DNA from: Marsupella aquatica | Taxonomy: Eukaryota > Plantae > Marchantiophyta | Length of the DNA: 64,000 nt | Reading direction: 5' to 3' | Assembly (NCBI GenBank): GCA_973895155.1 | Contig: OZ316898.1 | Coordinates: forward strand, 6,001,079-6,065,078 | Shown: positions 51,463 through 64,000 of the stretch, piece after piece | How the letters are laid out: every line of letters begins with the position of its first letter | Position numbering within the stretch: the stretch's first letter is position 1 | Notes under the pieces: model-generated | Databases searched by the model: none | The model's input: the letters and a program-made list of their open reading frames with translations, nothing else | Told to the model about the DNA's origin: nothing | Made by a program: the position numbers and the translations under genes

Positions 51463-54400
51463 TCAGTCGCAATCTGTCGAGCCACTGTCAGCTCGTCCCC
51501 CTGTTTTTCGAATACCACCGGGCATCTGAATGACGTTAGTATCACTGTTGGAATATGTGCTGTTGTTGTCGGAGGAGAGTCCGGAGTATAGGATTATGCT
51601 TTGGCTTCGTCCATCCTCACTGATAGAGTCCAAAATCTTGGATGTGCCTTCAAGGTCAAGCAATAAGTTTTGCAGCTCTTTCCACACATCCTTCATGCTG
51701 GGTCTGGCCTTGGATCTCATGTCTAGACATTTCAAAGCCAATTTCCACACATTTAAGATAGACTCCCTCCCATGGCCAGTCGGGTCACTGTAGGTCTCTG
51801 TGAGAGAAGGATCAATCATTCGTCGTAAGTCTCCAGTGCTCTGATTGATTGTGTTGGCAAAATTCACCAGACTAGTTTCCTCTTCATTCCCGAGGTCTAC
51901 TGCAGGCCTGGCCGAGATGAGTTCTAGCAGAACCACTCCAAAGCTATAAACATCACTTTTATTTGTAAACTTGCAGGAGTTATAGTACTCAGGATCGATG
52001 TAGCCGATGGTGCCCTTGACTGCCACGGTTGAGACATGGGTGGCTGCAATGGGAGCCAGCCTTGAGATACCAAAATCTGCAACTTTAGCATCAAGGTCGT
52101 CGTTTAACAAAATGTTGGATGACTTGACATCTCTATGATAGATGGGGAATGTAGTTGCTGAATGAAGATAGTTTAGAGCATCGGCAGTTTGAACTGCAAT
52201 GTTAAGTCGTTGTTCCCAAGTCAAGCGTGTAGGCCCGATTTTGCCTAGAAGATGCTGTTGGAGAGTGCCATTGGAAATGAACTCCAAGACAAGCAAGGAA
52301 ATCTTGTTCTCCATGCAGCAACCCAAGAGCTTCACAAGATGCCGGTGGTTCACTTGGGACAGGATCCTCACCTCGTTCAAGAATTGTTGCTTGTTCTTTT
52401 CAGATCCTTCGTGCTTGCTTCTCTTGATGGCCACGATGGTTCCATCATTGAGTTTGCCAGTGTAGACAGTCCCAAATGCTCCCTCTCCTATTCGTGCACT
52501 TTCAGCAAAGTGGTCTGTCGCTTTCTTTAGCTCCCAAAGGGGCATTAGTGTCGTTGATTCCCTCTCCATTAGAGTTTTGATCAAATCTGCATCTTGCTGG
52601 TGCCTTTTGTGGTACACTCTCCATCGCCAGGTGGCAATTAAACAACTTCCCACAGCCATTATCACAGATCCACCGACTATGATCAACAGTACCCACCATT
52701 GTATGCTTGATCCTAAACCTTGGGGACAAGGATCCAAGGGAGCGCCACAAAGTCCATCATTGCCTAAGAAAAAGCTTCGGTTATACAGTCTACTGTTAGG
52801 AGCCATGACAGGAAGCTGTCCCGAAAGATTATTGTTGGTAACATCTAGAATTACCAAATTTGGAAGCAGAACAATGGTTTCTGGGACAGATCCAGTTACA
52901 TCATTGTTAGACAAGTTTAAGGTCTGAAGAGAAGGCAACCATGTGCTATTGAAAGCCGCCCCTAACATCTTCCCTTTCAGATGACTATTGCTAAAATCCA
53001 AGACTTCTAAGTTGTTGTAGTTCCCAAAGTCTGAAGGTAGAGAAGTCCCTGAGAAATTGTTCCCTCCCACCCGAAACTCTTTTAAAGATCCACCAATGGC
53101 AAAAAAATCCAGCAGAGTCCTGATTAGATCTGGAGTAGCTCCCGTGGCACTCATTTGAAGATTGTTGTTACTGAGGTCTACAATTCGCAGGTATCGCAAA
53201 CTGTTGTTGATATTTACAATTCTTGACAGGTCTCCAGTGAATAAATTGTTTGGGAGTCTGAGCTTTGTCAAGTATTGCAAACCAGGACTGTTACCAAGAA
53301 AATCGACAATGTCACCCGAGAGGAAGTTGTCGCGAAGCCTTAAGGAGTAGATCTGCATATTGTTGGAGATGACGGGGATGGGTCCACTAAGGTTATTGTA
53401 ACTAAGATCTAAAAATAGGTATGAGTATTTCTTGGTCCCATCAATAGGTATATTACCTGTAAGAAAATTGTGTGACAAATTCATGGAAAGTGTAGAATAA
53501 TTGGAAATTTGAGGTTGGAGCAAATCTGCAGGAATACTGCCCGTGAGCTGATTTTGAGAAAAATCCAACAAAAGGCTATTAGACAGTGCTCGGGAGAACC
53601 CGAAAGGGATGTCACCTGACAGTTTGTTGTTTGAAAGATCAAGAACCTTGAGATTCGAGAGGTTTCCTATGCCAAGTGGAATCTGACCCTCGAGTTGATT
53701 ACCCTGTACAGAAAGATGCTCCAAACTCTTCACACCGGGGAACATCGGCCCGTCGAACTCCGTGAAGTTGTTGTTGTGAAGACTCAAGTCTATCAGATTG
53801 GTTAAGTTTGGAAGAGAAAGGATAGTACCATTCAACATATTGTTAGAAATCTCTATGTTGACAAGACTAGTAATCTCCCCCAGCCCTTTCGGAAAGGGGC
53901 CAGTGAGTTGATTGTTGCTAAGAAGGAGAACTTGTAAGTCCTTCAAGCCCCGTAGATTAGGAATCTCACCGGAAAGGTGATTATTCTCCAACGAGAGATG
54001 TTTCAAGCTCTGGCAAGCAGAAATGTTGGGTGGAATTGGGCCCGAGAAGTTGTTTCGCGCGAGATGCAAACGGACAAGCCCAGTCAAAGTCTGGATTGTG
54101 TCCGGAATGTTGTAAGGAGGACCTGTACCCAAATAGTTCGATGACAGGTCCAATTTACGAAGACCAGTAAGGTTGGACAATATTTCCAAACTCACAGATG
54201 GCAGTTCCGACAGTGCCCAACCCGAAAGATCGAGCTCCTCTACAGTCGACCTCGTTGTACAAGTTACTCCGACCCAATCGCATGGGCGTTTGTCAGATGT
54301 CGCCTTCCAGCTGCTCCAATAAGACCAGGCTCCTCCAGAATTGCCAATGTCTATCCAATCATCTCCAAATAGGCCCACATGCCCATTACTTGACTCCATT

Positions 54401-54561
54401 GAATCCTTGAAACTCAAAAGGGTCTGAACTTCCTCGCTCTGATTCTGAGCATTCGCTTGCGAGAATAACAAAAACCAGAGAAAGAAGAGCGAGATCTGTT
54501 GAAAGTATGTCGAGCTCCTAAACAGCGACGAATATTGCGCTGAAGCCGTTTTACCCGCCAT
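51463..54561 (-). CDS. Intronless LRR receptor-like Ser/Thr kinase (RD type) with WAK-like kinase domain
   Basis: Signal peptide (ISLFFLWFLLFSQANA), LRRNT (PCDWVGVTC), many plant LRRs (LxxLxLSxNxLSGxIP), GNDGLCG cap, TM helix, kinase motifs GEGAFG, VAIK, HRDVKSSNILL, DFG, GTIGYIDPEY. ATG at 54561 chosen as it is closest to the signal peptide; the ORF is open to 54738. Confidence 0.95.
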   Translation of the reverse strand: MAGKTASAQYSSLFRSSTYFQQISLFFLWFLLFSQANAQNQSEEVQTLLSFKDSMESSNGHVGLFGDDWIDIGNSGGAWSYWSSWKATSDKRPCDWVGVTCTTRSTVEELDLSGWALSELPSVSLEILSNLTGLRKLDLSSNYLGTGPPYNIPDTIQTLTGLVRLHLARNNFSGPIPPNISACQSLKHLSLENNHLSGEIPNLRGLKDLQVLLLSNNQLTGPFPKGLGEITSLVNIEISNNMLNGTILSLPNLTNLIDLSLHNNNFTEFDGPMFPGVKSLEHLSVQGNQLEGQIPLGIGNLSNLKVLDLSNNKLSGDIPFGFSRALSNSLLLDFSQNQLTGSIPADLLQPQISNYSTLSMNLSHNFLTGNIPIDGTKKYSYLFLDLSYNNLSGPIPVISNNMQIYSLRLRDNFLSGDIVDFLGNSPGLQYLTKLRLPNNLFTGDLSRIVNINNSLRYLRIVDLSNNNLQMSATGATPDLIRTLLDFFAIGGSLKEFRVGGNNFSGTSLPSDFGNYNNLEVLDFSNSHLKGKMLGAAFNSTWLPSLQTLNLSNNDVTGSVPETIVLLPNLVILDVTNNNLSGQLPVMAPNSRLYNRSFFLGNDGLCGAPLDPCPQGLGSSIQWWVLLIIVGGSVIMAVGSCLIATWRWRVYHKRHQQDADLIKTLMERESTTLMPLWELKKATDHFAESARIGEGAFGTVYTGKLNDGTIVAIKRSKHEGSEKNKQQFLNEVRILSQVNHRHLVKLLGCCMENKISLLVLEFISNGTLQQHLLGKIGPTRLTWEQRLNIAVQTADALNYLHSATTFPIYHRDVKSSNILLNDDLDAKVADFGISRLAPIAATHVSTVAVKGTIGYIDPEYYNSCKFTNKSDVYSFGVVLLELISARPAVDLGNEEETSLVNFANTINQSTGDLRRMIDPSLTETYSDPTGHGRESILNVWKLALKCLDMRSKARPSMKDVWKELQNLLLDLEGTSKILDSISEDGRSQSIILYSGLSSDNNSTYSNSDTNVIQMPGGIRKTGGRADSGSTDCD

Positions 54562-57500
54562 TGGGCTTCTTAGTCTAACAGAGGCAAAGGATGGGATTAT
54601 ATGATTGTACGGCGATAATGAGCAGCTTCCTAAAAGGAAAGTATGCTTTCTTGTGCTGCTATTTCCTGGACCCGTCCATCGTCTCATCTGTCTCTGACGG
54701 AAGGTACCTGAGAAACTGAAAACATCTCGTTCAGACATGGTGATTGATGTGTACCATCAGCAAGCTAACGAAATTAACACAGTTGACTATCGTTTAATAA
54801 TGGTGGTCATCCAATTTTTTAATATTAAAATTTCCGAGAATTCCGTAAACTTCCTGGCTGTCAAGAGAGTTTTTCAAAGCTACACAAACGCAGATATTTT
54901 AGACACTTTGACAATTGAATCAACCGGCACGGATCGTCTGGGAACGAAACTTCTAATCCCGCTTCTAATTAATATGCTGCAGCTTAAATCTACGTCCGAG
55001 GAGACAGCACTGCAGCAAACCAAGATGAAGGCAATGGATGCGGATAGGTAACTTGGAGCAAGTGCCTGAGAGTATGCATCAGAAACGATGTTTGCACAAA
55101 TATGGTCAGTGCTAGCCACATCCTGCACATTCTCATCACCAGACGACCAAGTATAACTCAGAGCGCAAAGTGAATATGGCAGACGTTATTCGAAGAAGCT
55201 CACTCACCAGAAGAGTTTCAGCCCAGGTTTCAGCGGTCCATGCAAAACTTTTGTTCCGTCGTTGTGGCGTTCTTGCAGATCAGGCAGCTTTCACATAGGA
55301 ACGTACCCAGCAACATCTGTCAAACCTTCTGCGGGCACTTGAAAAGAGTGCAAGTGTGAGAGAGTGTTGAGACGTACTACGAAACCTTTTGCTGCAAGAT
55401 TGTAACCTTAATTCATATGATGCAAAGAGTGTTAGAATAATACTGCGGGCCGTTATCTAGTGAACGCTGAATGATCTTGTTGAAGCTCAGTGACGATAAC
55501 TTCTGCAAGCATACAGGAAGCTACTTAGTCCAAACTACTACCAGTAACTAATTTTATCTGTCGAAGACGTACATAATTCAGACATCCTTCAAGAATTTTT
55601 TTACCTCAATCTACTACTTTCTCCGCTTGCAACGAGCATGCAGATCCCGCAAGATCTAGGAGCTCGGTGTCGACGCGGTCTAAGTCAGCGGAATGCATGA
55701 AAATGCTAACAGACAGCTCAGACAATGCAATTCTGAAAATTTCGTACTCCCCGAAAATTCACCTGTGCCCTACTTCTTGTGACGAATAGCAACGGGGAAA
55801 GCTGGCTATATATCTTCTGCCAGACAGCACCCAGCCCACTTGTCCATGTATCCGGTGTTTGGAGCTGTAGACTTTCCATGCATTTGAGCTTCAGCAGATT
55901 AAATACCAAGACTTCACGTGGTGTATGATGGAGCTCGAGAACATAGAAATTTCATGCAAGGGGAAAGACTTCAACTTAGACTTAGTCCTTCGCCCTGCCC
56001 TTTTGGATTTGTTGCGTCACTTGCCCCATCTACTACCTAGTCAGAGCTAGCTAGAAGTTTAGCATACTAGGGGCATGCACACAACTTTCTGTGAGTTGTA
56101 ATTATTTCTCCGTCCGGGAGATAGAACCGACGACTTTTGAGGTCAATTGTGGGGCCAGCCCAAGAACCATGAGATCAAGTGGCCGACCGAACGGCATTGA
56201 TAAACATTGACGATGAGAATCTCATCGCTGTAGAATGTAGCAACCGTGATGACAGAAGTTGCCTGGAGAGAGAACTCGAAGACGTTGCCTGGAGAGAGAA
56301 CTCAAAGACTTATTACCCCGCGTCATTGACCACTCTCCAGTAGTGGTGCAGATCTCCAAGCCTCAGTGTGCAGCTTAAGCTTTGCACAAATGCGTCCACC
56401 TATTTCCCGCTCCGAAGAGGATCTACAGTAGCTTTCTCGATTCATGTGAATGATGGTTGAATGAGTCCACGCATCAGACATTTTCAGAACCTTCACACTA
56501 CCGAGCAGCGCTGCTATTAGCTGAGGGTAGCTTTAGAAGAAGTGGGGGCCATCGTCTGTCAGATTATTAAATCTCTAGGATGCAAGGGGCCGCAGATTCA
56601 TTGTTTACCAATCCTGCATGGCAAGCAGTGCGCTGCCATGCAGTGCGCTGACGTGAAGTGCTACTTTATGTACAATTTTTGAAACACCTAAAGAGATGTT
56701 GTGACTTTGGTTCACCACAGGAAACTGGAGGGCCGTTTCCAAAGGTGGTCCAAACATTTCCTAACGTTGGCTCCAACATTCAATCATAATTTAAAGCCCC
56801 ACTGTCCGAGAAGCAAAACCTGGTGTATCAGATTACTAATAAGTCAATAATGTTCTCAAGAAAATAAACAAGCACATTTCTTTGCCCTCCCCAAACTTGC
56901 TGGCGGGCTTATTCGTGGACACTGGCGATTGGACTTCATTTCAGAATTTTTTTGGTCCTCAAACTATATTTTGAACCAAAAATGGCTCTCCAGAGTTCCT
57001 AAGTAAGGTGGGACAAAGTCACAAATGCCTTCTAATAAAGTCACCCTTACTAGCTATGCAGGTTCAGTCACCTTTTGGGTGTGAAGAAACCATGCAGTGG
57101 GGAACGATAAAATATTATCGATTAATTATCTCAAATCGTTTGTGTTGGGCCCATTGGCCTCCCTAGGATCACGTTAAATTCACTTGGGCCATCATACAAT
57201 AATTCATGATTTTGGAGCTTGTATTTAGAGGCTTGGTGTGAATATAGTGGCCAAACCTCACTTAAGCTCAACTTGTATTTTGGTGAATGTAGCCTTGACA
57301 AAGGTGAAATGTCTCAATGACTACAGAATAAAAATTGAGTTAGTGTTCGTGGATGGAGTCCTACTGTAATTGCCTAGTTGAACCTGGAAAGGTAAAATTT
57401 TCTCATGAAAAGAATCTGGAATGCCAATAAAGGAAAATATGTACCTACTACAAACTAAGGAAATAAATAAATCAAAAGTGTTGGACTAAAATACTAAAGT

Positions 57501-58060
57501 GAAAATAATGCGTGCGAGAAGCATAGAATAAACCAAATTAATATAAAAATACATTGCAAGCATTTTTGAATAAGACAAGATAGCCAGATGATGTTCTGTC
57601 ATATAGCATGTTCATTGTATTACTGAGTCAGTGCTCGTTGATTTCTTGTGTATGACATTTGCAGGTTTCCTCAACAATAAGCTCCAATGGCTATTGCAGC
57701 ATTTGCCAACATTGGTCTAGAAGCAACACCCTTGATATTTCAAGGCTTGCCTCCTCCGTTGCCCTGGCTTGTCAAAAACAATGAGAGTTGAGTCCTGAGT
57801 TGCCTGCCAGGCTCATGTGCTTTACATCTCATAATGTGGGGTCTCAAAAGTAGACTCATAGTCTTTGGCACAAACATTATTTGAATGTCACAATAAATTA
57901 AGTCACACCCTTTTGCATTAGTCAGTAGGAGACAAAGTTTGATTAATTGTGGGGAGGGGCCTGGGCATGCTTTTGCCGTGCCCATATTCTCTGGCCCCAA
58001 AATGGGTTTCCTGAGAACACCATGATGGCACTCCTGGCTCTTGGAAATCTGACTGTACAC

Positions 58061-58891
58061 TGAACTCTCTCTAAGTGCACACTCCTTGGAACACCCCCAG
58101 TTAAGTAATTATAGATAGTTTGCACCATGTGATAAGTACAAGACAGGTTACCATAACTATTGTGGTCAATTGCAAATACTGATCAATACGAATTCAGGAT
58201 GAGGGTTATGCTTTAAACATAGAGCAGTGAATGCCTCTTATAGACAGGTTTTATTACACTTATACATTTGTTGTTTAGTCAGACCTCTATGCAATTAACC
58301 ACGACTTTCTGTATAAGTACTCTGGGTAGCCCATTGTACTCATTTCACATAAAGTACAATCATGTATAGATATGAGAGAGCACATGGTACTCTCAAGATA
58401 CCATGTGGGACAAGTCAGTATAGGTTACCCTACACTTGAGGGTTACCAGTAATAGTATCAACTCATTAGTTGGCATAGGGGGTGATCAACTGCTGAAAAC
58501 CACATCTAGAAATAGTTCATGTTATCCAGAAACCATTTAGGGTACAAGGGTCCTATGATAGGGAGTAAGTGGGAGGCCTTCCAAGGTAGGTTCCAAGGTA
58601 GGTCCACTGTTGACCTAAGCAACTGATCAGTGGTTGGTTAGGGTCAAGGCCCTATTAGAGGTGCATCTGTGGCTTAAACCACTACTACGGGTATATAAGG
58701 CAGTCTCGTACAATGTATGGTATTATACAATGTGCATAACCCTTGATAGAGATTTTGCACTTATATATTCATAGTTTAGTGCAGCTGTCTTTGCACTTAC
58801 CAAAGTGACAAAATGGTCAGACAGTGAAGAACTGACTTCTTGCAATTATCCAGATCTTGCACTTATGGAGTGTGCACTTAGAGAGAGGTCA
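58061..58891. repeat. 25-bp inverted repeat pair ~830 bp apart; possible MITE
   Basis: CTCTCTCTAAGTGCACACTCC (58065-58085) and its exact reverse complement (58867-58887), extendable by 4 bp with one mismatch; no TSD seen. Confidence 0.6.
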
Positions 58892-59001
58892 TCCTGAAAC
58901 CAACTCACATTGTCACTTCAGCTCACTTCTTGGTTCAACTTTGAAATCCTCACCCGCTCAATTTTTCCTACGATCCTCTCTTCATTTATGGCTGACTTGC
59001 C

Positions 59002-59293
59002 TGTTGAGGATAATCTTTGTTCCTAGACACCATGCACATGTGAACACCATACAAAGTAGTCGACACAGCGAATACGTGGTTCACCTCATGACTGAGGCTA
59101 CGTCCACAGAAAAACGGGAAAGTGAGGACCTTTACTTCACTCTTGCTCCACTCCAACAATGAACTGAAGATCCACCAGGGTTGTCATCAGCCCTGGCATG
59201 CATGCATCACTGCTAACCTAAGCTAAGTCCTAACCTGAGTTAGCCTAACTGCGGTTAGCTCTAGAGTCACAGCACTAAGAGCAATACTCAACA
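59002..59293 (-). mobile_element. Solo LTR (292 bp) with 5-bp TSD TTGCC
   Basis: TGTTGAG...CTCAACA termini; TTGCC at 58997-59001 and 59294-59298; homologous to 7606-7937. Confidence 0.92.
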
Positions 59294-59784
59294 TTGCCGA
59301 TGTTATCTCTACGCAAAGAATACCGGTGGGTAATCATTTTTGCAAGTACTTGTTATTCCCATAACATCTTGCCCACAAGTAACCTTTTCATGGACAATGA
59401 TAACATACCTTTAAGGTCATGTGTTGATATATTATGGCCCTTCTCCATTGATATCTCATCATGTGTACCTTTTAATCTTTCATTACAAAATGTACTATCC
59501 GTGTGCACATTTCAGCATTGAAAACTGTGTGAAAATACTCATAGGGTTACTTTGAGCCAATCAGAACTCAGCACATGACCTGAAACTACGATGAAGGACA
59601 TATGTATCCCTTTACGAGAATATGGTCTCTCCTATTTCTCCCCGCGTAAGCGGATTGATATATGGTCGCCCTATACCTCGTAAAGGCTACCGTACATCCT
59701 TAATCCTATACATAATGTCCTTGTGGGCAAGGGTTCTAGCTTGAACCTTGTTCTAAAAAAACTCAGAAAAACTTTCTATGTGCC

Positions 59785-60040
59785 TCTGGTCAAGTGTTTT
59801 TCATTTTCTGGTCACAGGGTTAAGCTCGAAAAAACTTCTCGAGTGTCTCTGGTTAATTTTATTTGTTTTCATCTGGTCACAGGATTATAGGCTAGTAACC
59901 TTCTCTCGGGTCAACTTTTCCTCACCTTCTGGTCTTGGGGTCACTCGGGTCAACTAACTTTTCTGGTCATAGGGTCAACTTTTCTTCACTTTCTGATCAC
60001 TGAGTCACTCGGGTCAACTTTTCTGGTCATAGGGTTAGAT
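59785..60040. repeat. Degenerate tandem array of TTTTCTGGTCA.AGGGT / CTCGGGTCAACT units
   Basis: Repeated TCTGGTCA and GGGTCAACT blocks. Confidence 0.7.
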
Positions 60041-63000
60041 GCTAGTAACCCCAGATCGACATCTTAGTGTAAAAGTGCCCTTAAGTCTACTCTTAAGGGC
60101 CTAGGTCTAGAGTGAGACCTCCAGACCATAACTTTTAATATAGACAAAAGTGATTATGAGTCTCAATAAAAACATTTAAATGAAAATAAAATATTAATTT
60201 TATAAGGTAAACAAAAAACAAGGATAATACAAAGATTATCTGAAATAACACACAAATTTTAACATACAAGATTATATTTATTAAGGGTAATCGGGCTAGT
60301 TATCCTATATTTCTCTTCCCGCTGCTTCCTCCGATTGCTGATCCGAGCTCTCTTCTTGTTCCTCTCTCCGATCAAATCAAGCTTTTCCCGCCTTTTTTTC
60401 TCCTCGTCTGATCCTCTCTTCGTCTCGTCGAAATTCTTCGAACTCTTGTGATCCGATTCTGTCTCGAATTCCTTTGCGGCTCCCTCTTTCTCTTGCTCTC
60501 TAAAATGGAGAACGAATTTGGTTTCTGTGTTGTAATTCACTTCTTTTGGGTTGTTCTGATCCCCTCTCTCAATTCTTGTTTGTTCGACGTGCAAATCCTC
60601 TGCCGTCCTTGTTTTCCCGATCCTGTCTGTATTTTCTGGCAGACTTCTCTCCCCGCTTCTGTGTCTTCCGATCCACTCTGGTCTTGTTCGACGTTCTAGT
60701 TTCTCTTCCCCGCCATTGTTCCATTCTTCTGATCCGCTCTTGCTCGCGTCTAAAAGGTTGGAATTCTTGTAATTGAGTTCATACTTTCACAGCACGTCGA
60801 ATTCTGTTCTCGGTTGCTTTTTCCTTGCGCTCTGCGCTTTTAGTGTTAGATTTCACATGGTGTTGAAAATCAGTGTTCTTGCTTTCTTCTGATCCTCTTC
60901 TCCTTCTTATCAAAAATATGTAAATTCATCTAAATGCATACTTTCCAGTTTCAACTCTTTCTCGGCTTCTTTTCCTTGCTCTCTTCCCTTCTCGTGGTTC
61001 TTGAAAAAAGAATCGAGATAGAATTGGATTTGTGTTGAACATCAGTCTTCTTGCTTTCCCTGATCCTCTTTCGGGTTCTTGGCTAAAACATCCTACTCCT
61101 CGTTAACGGGATACCTAGTTTCACACCAGTCCCAGTTCTTTCTCGGCTTCTTTTCGTTGTGAACCTCATATGTCGTGTTTTGGGAAACAGATCCAGTCAC
61201 CGAAACGCATCCAATCACTTCTTGGTTGACGCTCAAATTCCTTCTCCTCTTGCGATCCTTTGGGTTGGTTTCCCACCGGTTCTGTCTCGCCTTCTGTCGG
61301 ATCCGTGCCGTCTCTGTTTGACGGACGATTTCTTTATGCTCCTCCTCCGATTCGTTTGATGCGTTTCCCACCGCCGCTGTTTCGCTGTTTCCCTCGTTTC
61401 TCGCATTTGCCCGCCTCCGCCAATCTTATCTCCCTCGTTTTTCATACCGAGCCGCCCATCCCTCCCTGACGACCTTGTGTTGCAGAGCAAACATGCTTTG
61501 CGGCGGGGTTTTTCCGCTCCTCTAGGGCTCTCGTCATGTTTCAGCTGCTGCAGCTAGTTCCCTTATTTCCCATATTGCACATTGCGCTGTCACTTGCGAA
61601 TGGGACTAATACCCTAGCGTTTCCACTACCGAAAGGACTGGTGAGTGCGGCTTCGTCTTCGCTTTCCCGATTCCCTGGGAGTGCTCTGAATTCCGTGATA
61701 ATCATTTCGGACCTATGCAGCACGGATCACTGGACGAGTGATGCAGGTAAATAATTGATTCAGGAATTTTACGAGGAACGCCTGCTACGGTGTCCGCCTG
61801 TTCTTGTTGCGGTTCGTTGATATTCTTTATGCGAATTGTTTCCTCTTGCCTGATTCATCCCCCTGGCATAGATGAGGATGGGCAAGAAGGAGGGGAGGCG
61901 GTGGGAGGGCAGTATAGATTGCTTTTGGTTCTTTCGTGGACCATGTTCGTAATGAATTTTCCATGACTGGTCTTACGTACTTCCAAGATAATTGCGGCCC
62001 CCAATTTTCCTCTCTCGCCCGACTTAGGATGAATAGTTTCCTGTGAAGGAAATTCGCATTTTCAAAAGACACTCGCTCATCATAAGAGCACAAAAGTACG
62101 AACAGAATCAAAAGAACATGGGTGCATAGCAGGACACGGATTTGGCAATTTGTGATCCACGCTGGTCGAAAGAAACGTCCGCTATAAGTTGTAGAGGAAG
62201 GCGTGCATTCCCAGTACTTAAGGATATTCTAGCAAGAAATGTCATCATTGGAGACGAATCCCTGTCAGTTTCAGAACAGAGGAATTTGAGAAGAATCTTG
62301 TGTAAGTCCAAGTAAGAGAGAGCCAAAGCGGCATTACTCCCCATCGAATTTTAATGTGAGCAAATATAACCACACCAACCGGTTTACAAGTTGTTTTGCT
62401 GCGCCGTTGCTTCTGTTTTTGGAACAGTAGGAACCATTACTGCGGGGAAGAGGTATATTTGAGAGGCTGGAGTTTATCGGATATAGATGGGCTGGACTAA
62501 AACTTCTGTCTAGCTACCGTACGCAGCTCTGCCTGCTTCGCCAATCCACAACCGGTACTGTCAACTTTGCCACATTTTCTTTCCTTCAGTGTTTTGCGCA
62601 CATCTGCTCTGCGCGTTGTGAAACCTTTCTATCACTTGCTAAGTAGTATCCTTGACATTTGGGCAAGATTAAACGATAGGGCTCACCAAGGAGATCCTTT
62701 GAACGAAAACTTATCGATAAATGTTCATTCTCTTAAACTGGCGGGAACCTAGTAACGCGATCATAGAGTTCAGAGATTGCAACCCCATTATTGCTCGTAA
62801 AATGCAGCACACGCTTATACATGGTGTGGTACAGTTTTGGTTTCCGTGGATGCAGCACCGGACAATTTCCTCCTTCTCTGTCAACGCTCGTCCAAGAATA
62901 TGTCTCGCGCCAGAACTAATCTATTAGCTCTTGATGGGACATCCAATTAGAGGAGACTTCGTCTTTCCATTATGGACTCTGACTAAGGGCTCCAACTGGT

Positions 63001-63475
63001 TGTCAGGACTTCACAGTATCTCCCGAAACTTCTAACTTCATGTAATGTAAGCTTTGGTATAATTTGAAGGGAAGGCAACCTTGAACGACGTGATCAGGGG
63101 GAAGGACTGAAGGAGGGAGCCAGATCCCTCGCAATTGCCTCCATTCGCCAATTGGCGAACAGACAGAGTGAACACGCGACCCAACGAGCCGTCGAATTGG
63201 ATAAAGATTGGTTTCTCCGAAAGCGGAGAAGTTCGACGAGTAGGCAGAGATGTCTATGGGTTTCAGCCCGAAGTCTTGAGGGCCTGGAGATAAGAATCGC
63301 ACGGTAGAGAAGATGGCACCATTCACGAGGTACGCACGGGCCACCGTTTAGGTACGAAGAACGGAATCATTAGAGTGAGCACACCCGGGAATGAAGTAAT
63401 ACGGAAAAAATCACAATCAATGATTGAAAAGACGAGACTGTTCAGTTTGTGAATGAAGACGAGAGCAGTACATTG

Positions 63476-64000
63476 ATGAAGACACCACCCATGGAATCAG
63501 GTAGGCTCTCATCTAATAGTAATTTGGAAACAGCAGCAATACTGGAAAACTTGGGTGGCTGCTGTGAGGGGACTGTCTTCACCTTCACTAGTGCAGGTTC
63601 GAGGTGGAGATTAAGGCAGCGCCTCAACAGAAACAAAGCCTCATTGGTCAGCGCCCATGGTGGACTGCTACTCAGAGAGGACCCAGCAGATTCCGTTTTC
63701 ACGGAGATGAGAATTATGCCTCGAAGCAGCGAACCAAATCCATCAAATGCTGTTGAGCTTTGGGACCGCAACAAGATGTTGAATTCTGTCAGGACTGAGG
63801 AATCTAGCAGAGCTAACAGTATGGCCAATTATGGTTCTGCGGATCTGAGGGATTACTGCAGCGATAAGAAATTCACTGGCCAGGTAGGAGGGGATGTAAG
63901 AGCCAAAGTCTTCTCTCAGCAGGCAGTGAAGGCCGACCACGAGAGACGAGAGTTGCAGGTTTCGACAGAGGAGACTACTCCACGGAAAAGTAGAAGATAC
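63476..64000 (+). CDS. 5' part of an unidentified ORF running off the window (MKTPPMESGRLSSNSNL...)
   Basis: My own translation gives 175 codons with no stop to the window end; a pyrimidine-rich upstream region and a donor at 61747 suggest a 5' UTR with an intron. No family recognised. Confidence 0.45.
   Translation, partial: MKTPPMESGRLSSNSNLETAAILENLGGCCEGTVFTFTSAGSRWRLRQRLNRNKASLVSAHGGLLLREDPADSVFTEMRIMPRSSEPNPSNAVELWDRNKMLNSVRTEESSRANSMANYGSADLRDYCSDKKFTGQVGGDVRAKVFSQQAVKADHERRELQVSTEETTPRKSRRY

Noticed and set aside
51530-54410. Plus-strand ORFs inside the LRR-RLK
   Set aside because: Antisense shadows of the long coding frame.
60259-61490. Lys/Arg/Glu-rich minus-strand ORFs
   Set aside because: A consequence of the CT-rich plus strand, likely promoter or UTR sequence.

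Overview
Eukaryotic land-plant genomic DNA with GT-AG introns; gene and TE content suggest a non-seed plant, probably a bryophyte (inference). The centre is one complete 24.5-kb CACTA (En/Spm) transposon at 17352-41872, with ~31-bp TIRs, a GGA target-site duplication and ATGAC subterminal repeats, itself inserted into an older long-TIR element. Besides decayed TnpD transposase and TnpA-like genes it carries chromatin-related cargo: (i) an intron-containing pseudogene fusing a ParB/Srx-like domain to a prokaryote-type N6A/N4C DNA-methyltransferase fold, with 11 copies of the palindrome TAGCGC-N3-GCGCTA in its upstream region, all three introns and downstream region; (ii) an intact stand-alone EDM2-type composite PHD finger ORF; (iii) a small two-exon Cys/His-rich ORF; (iv) an antisense mobile-element ORF between diverged direct repeats. 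Most cargo modules have their own short motif array. Left of the element lie a duplicated unknown helical-protein gene, a solo LTR and a hairpin. Right of it lie a DUF3119 gene, a GUCD1/GC1-family gene, an intronless LRR receptor kinase with a WAK-type kinase domain, a second solo LTR and the start of an ORF running off the window. All protein-family calls are motif recognition by eye; no database search was run.
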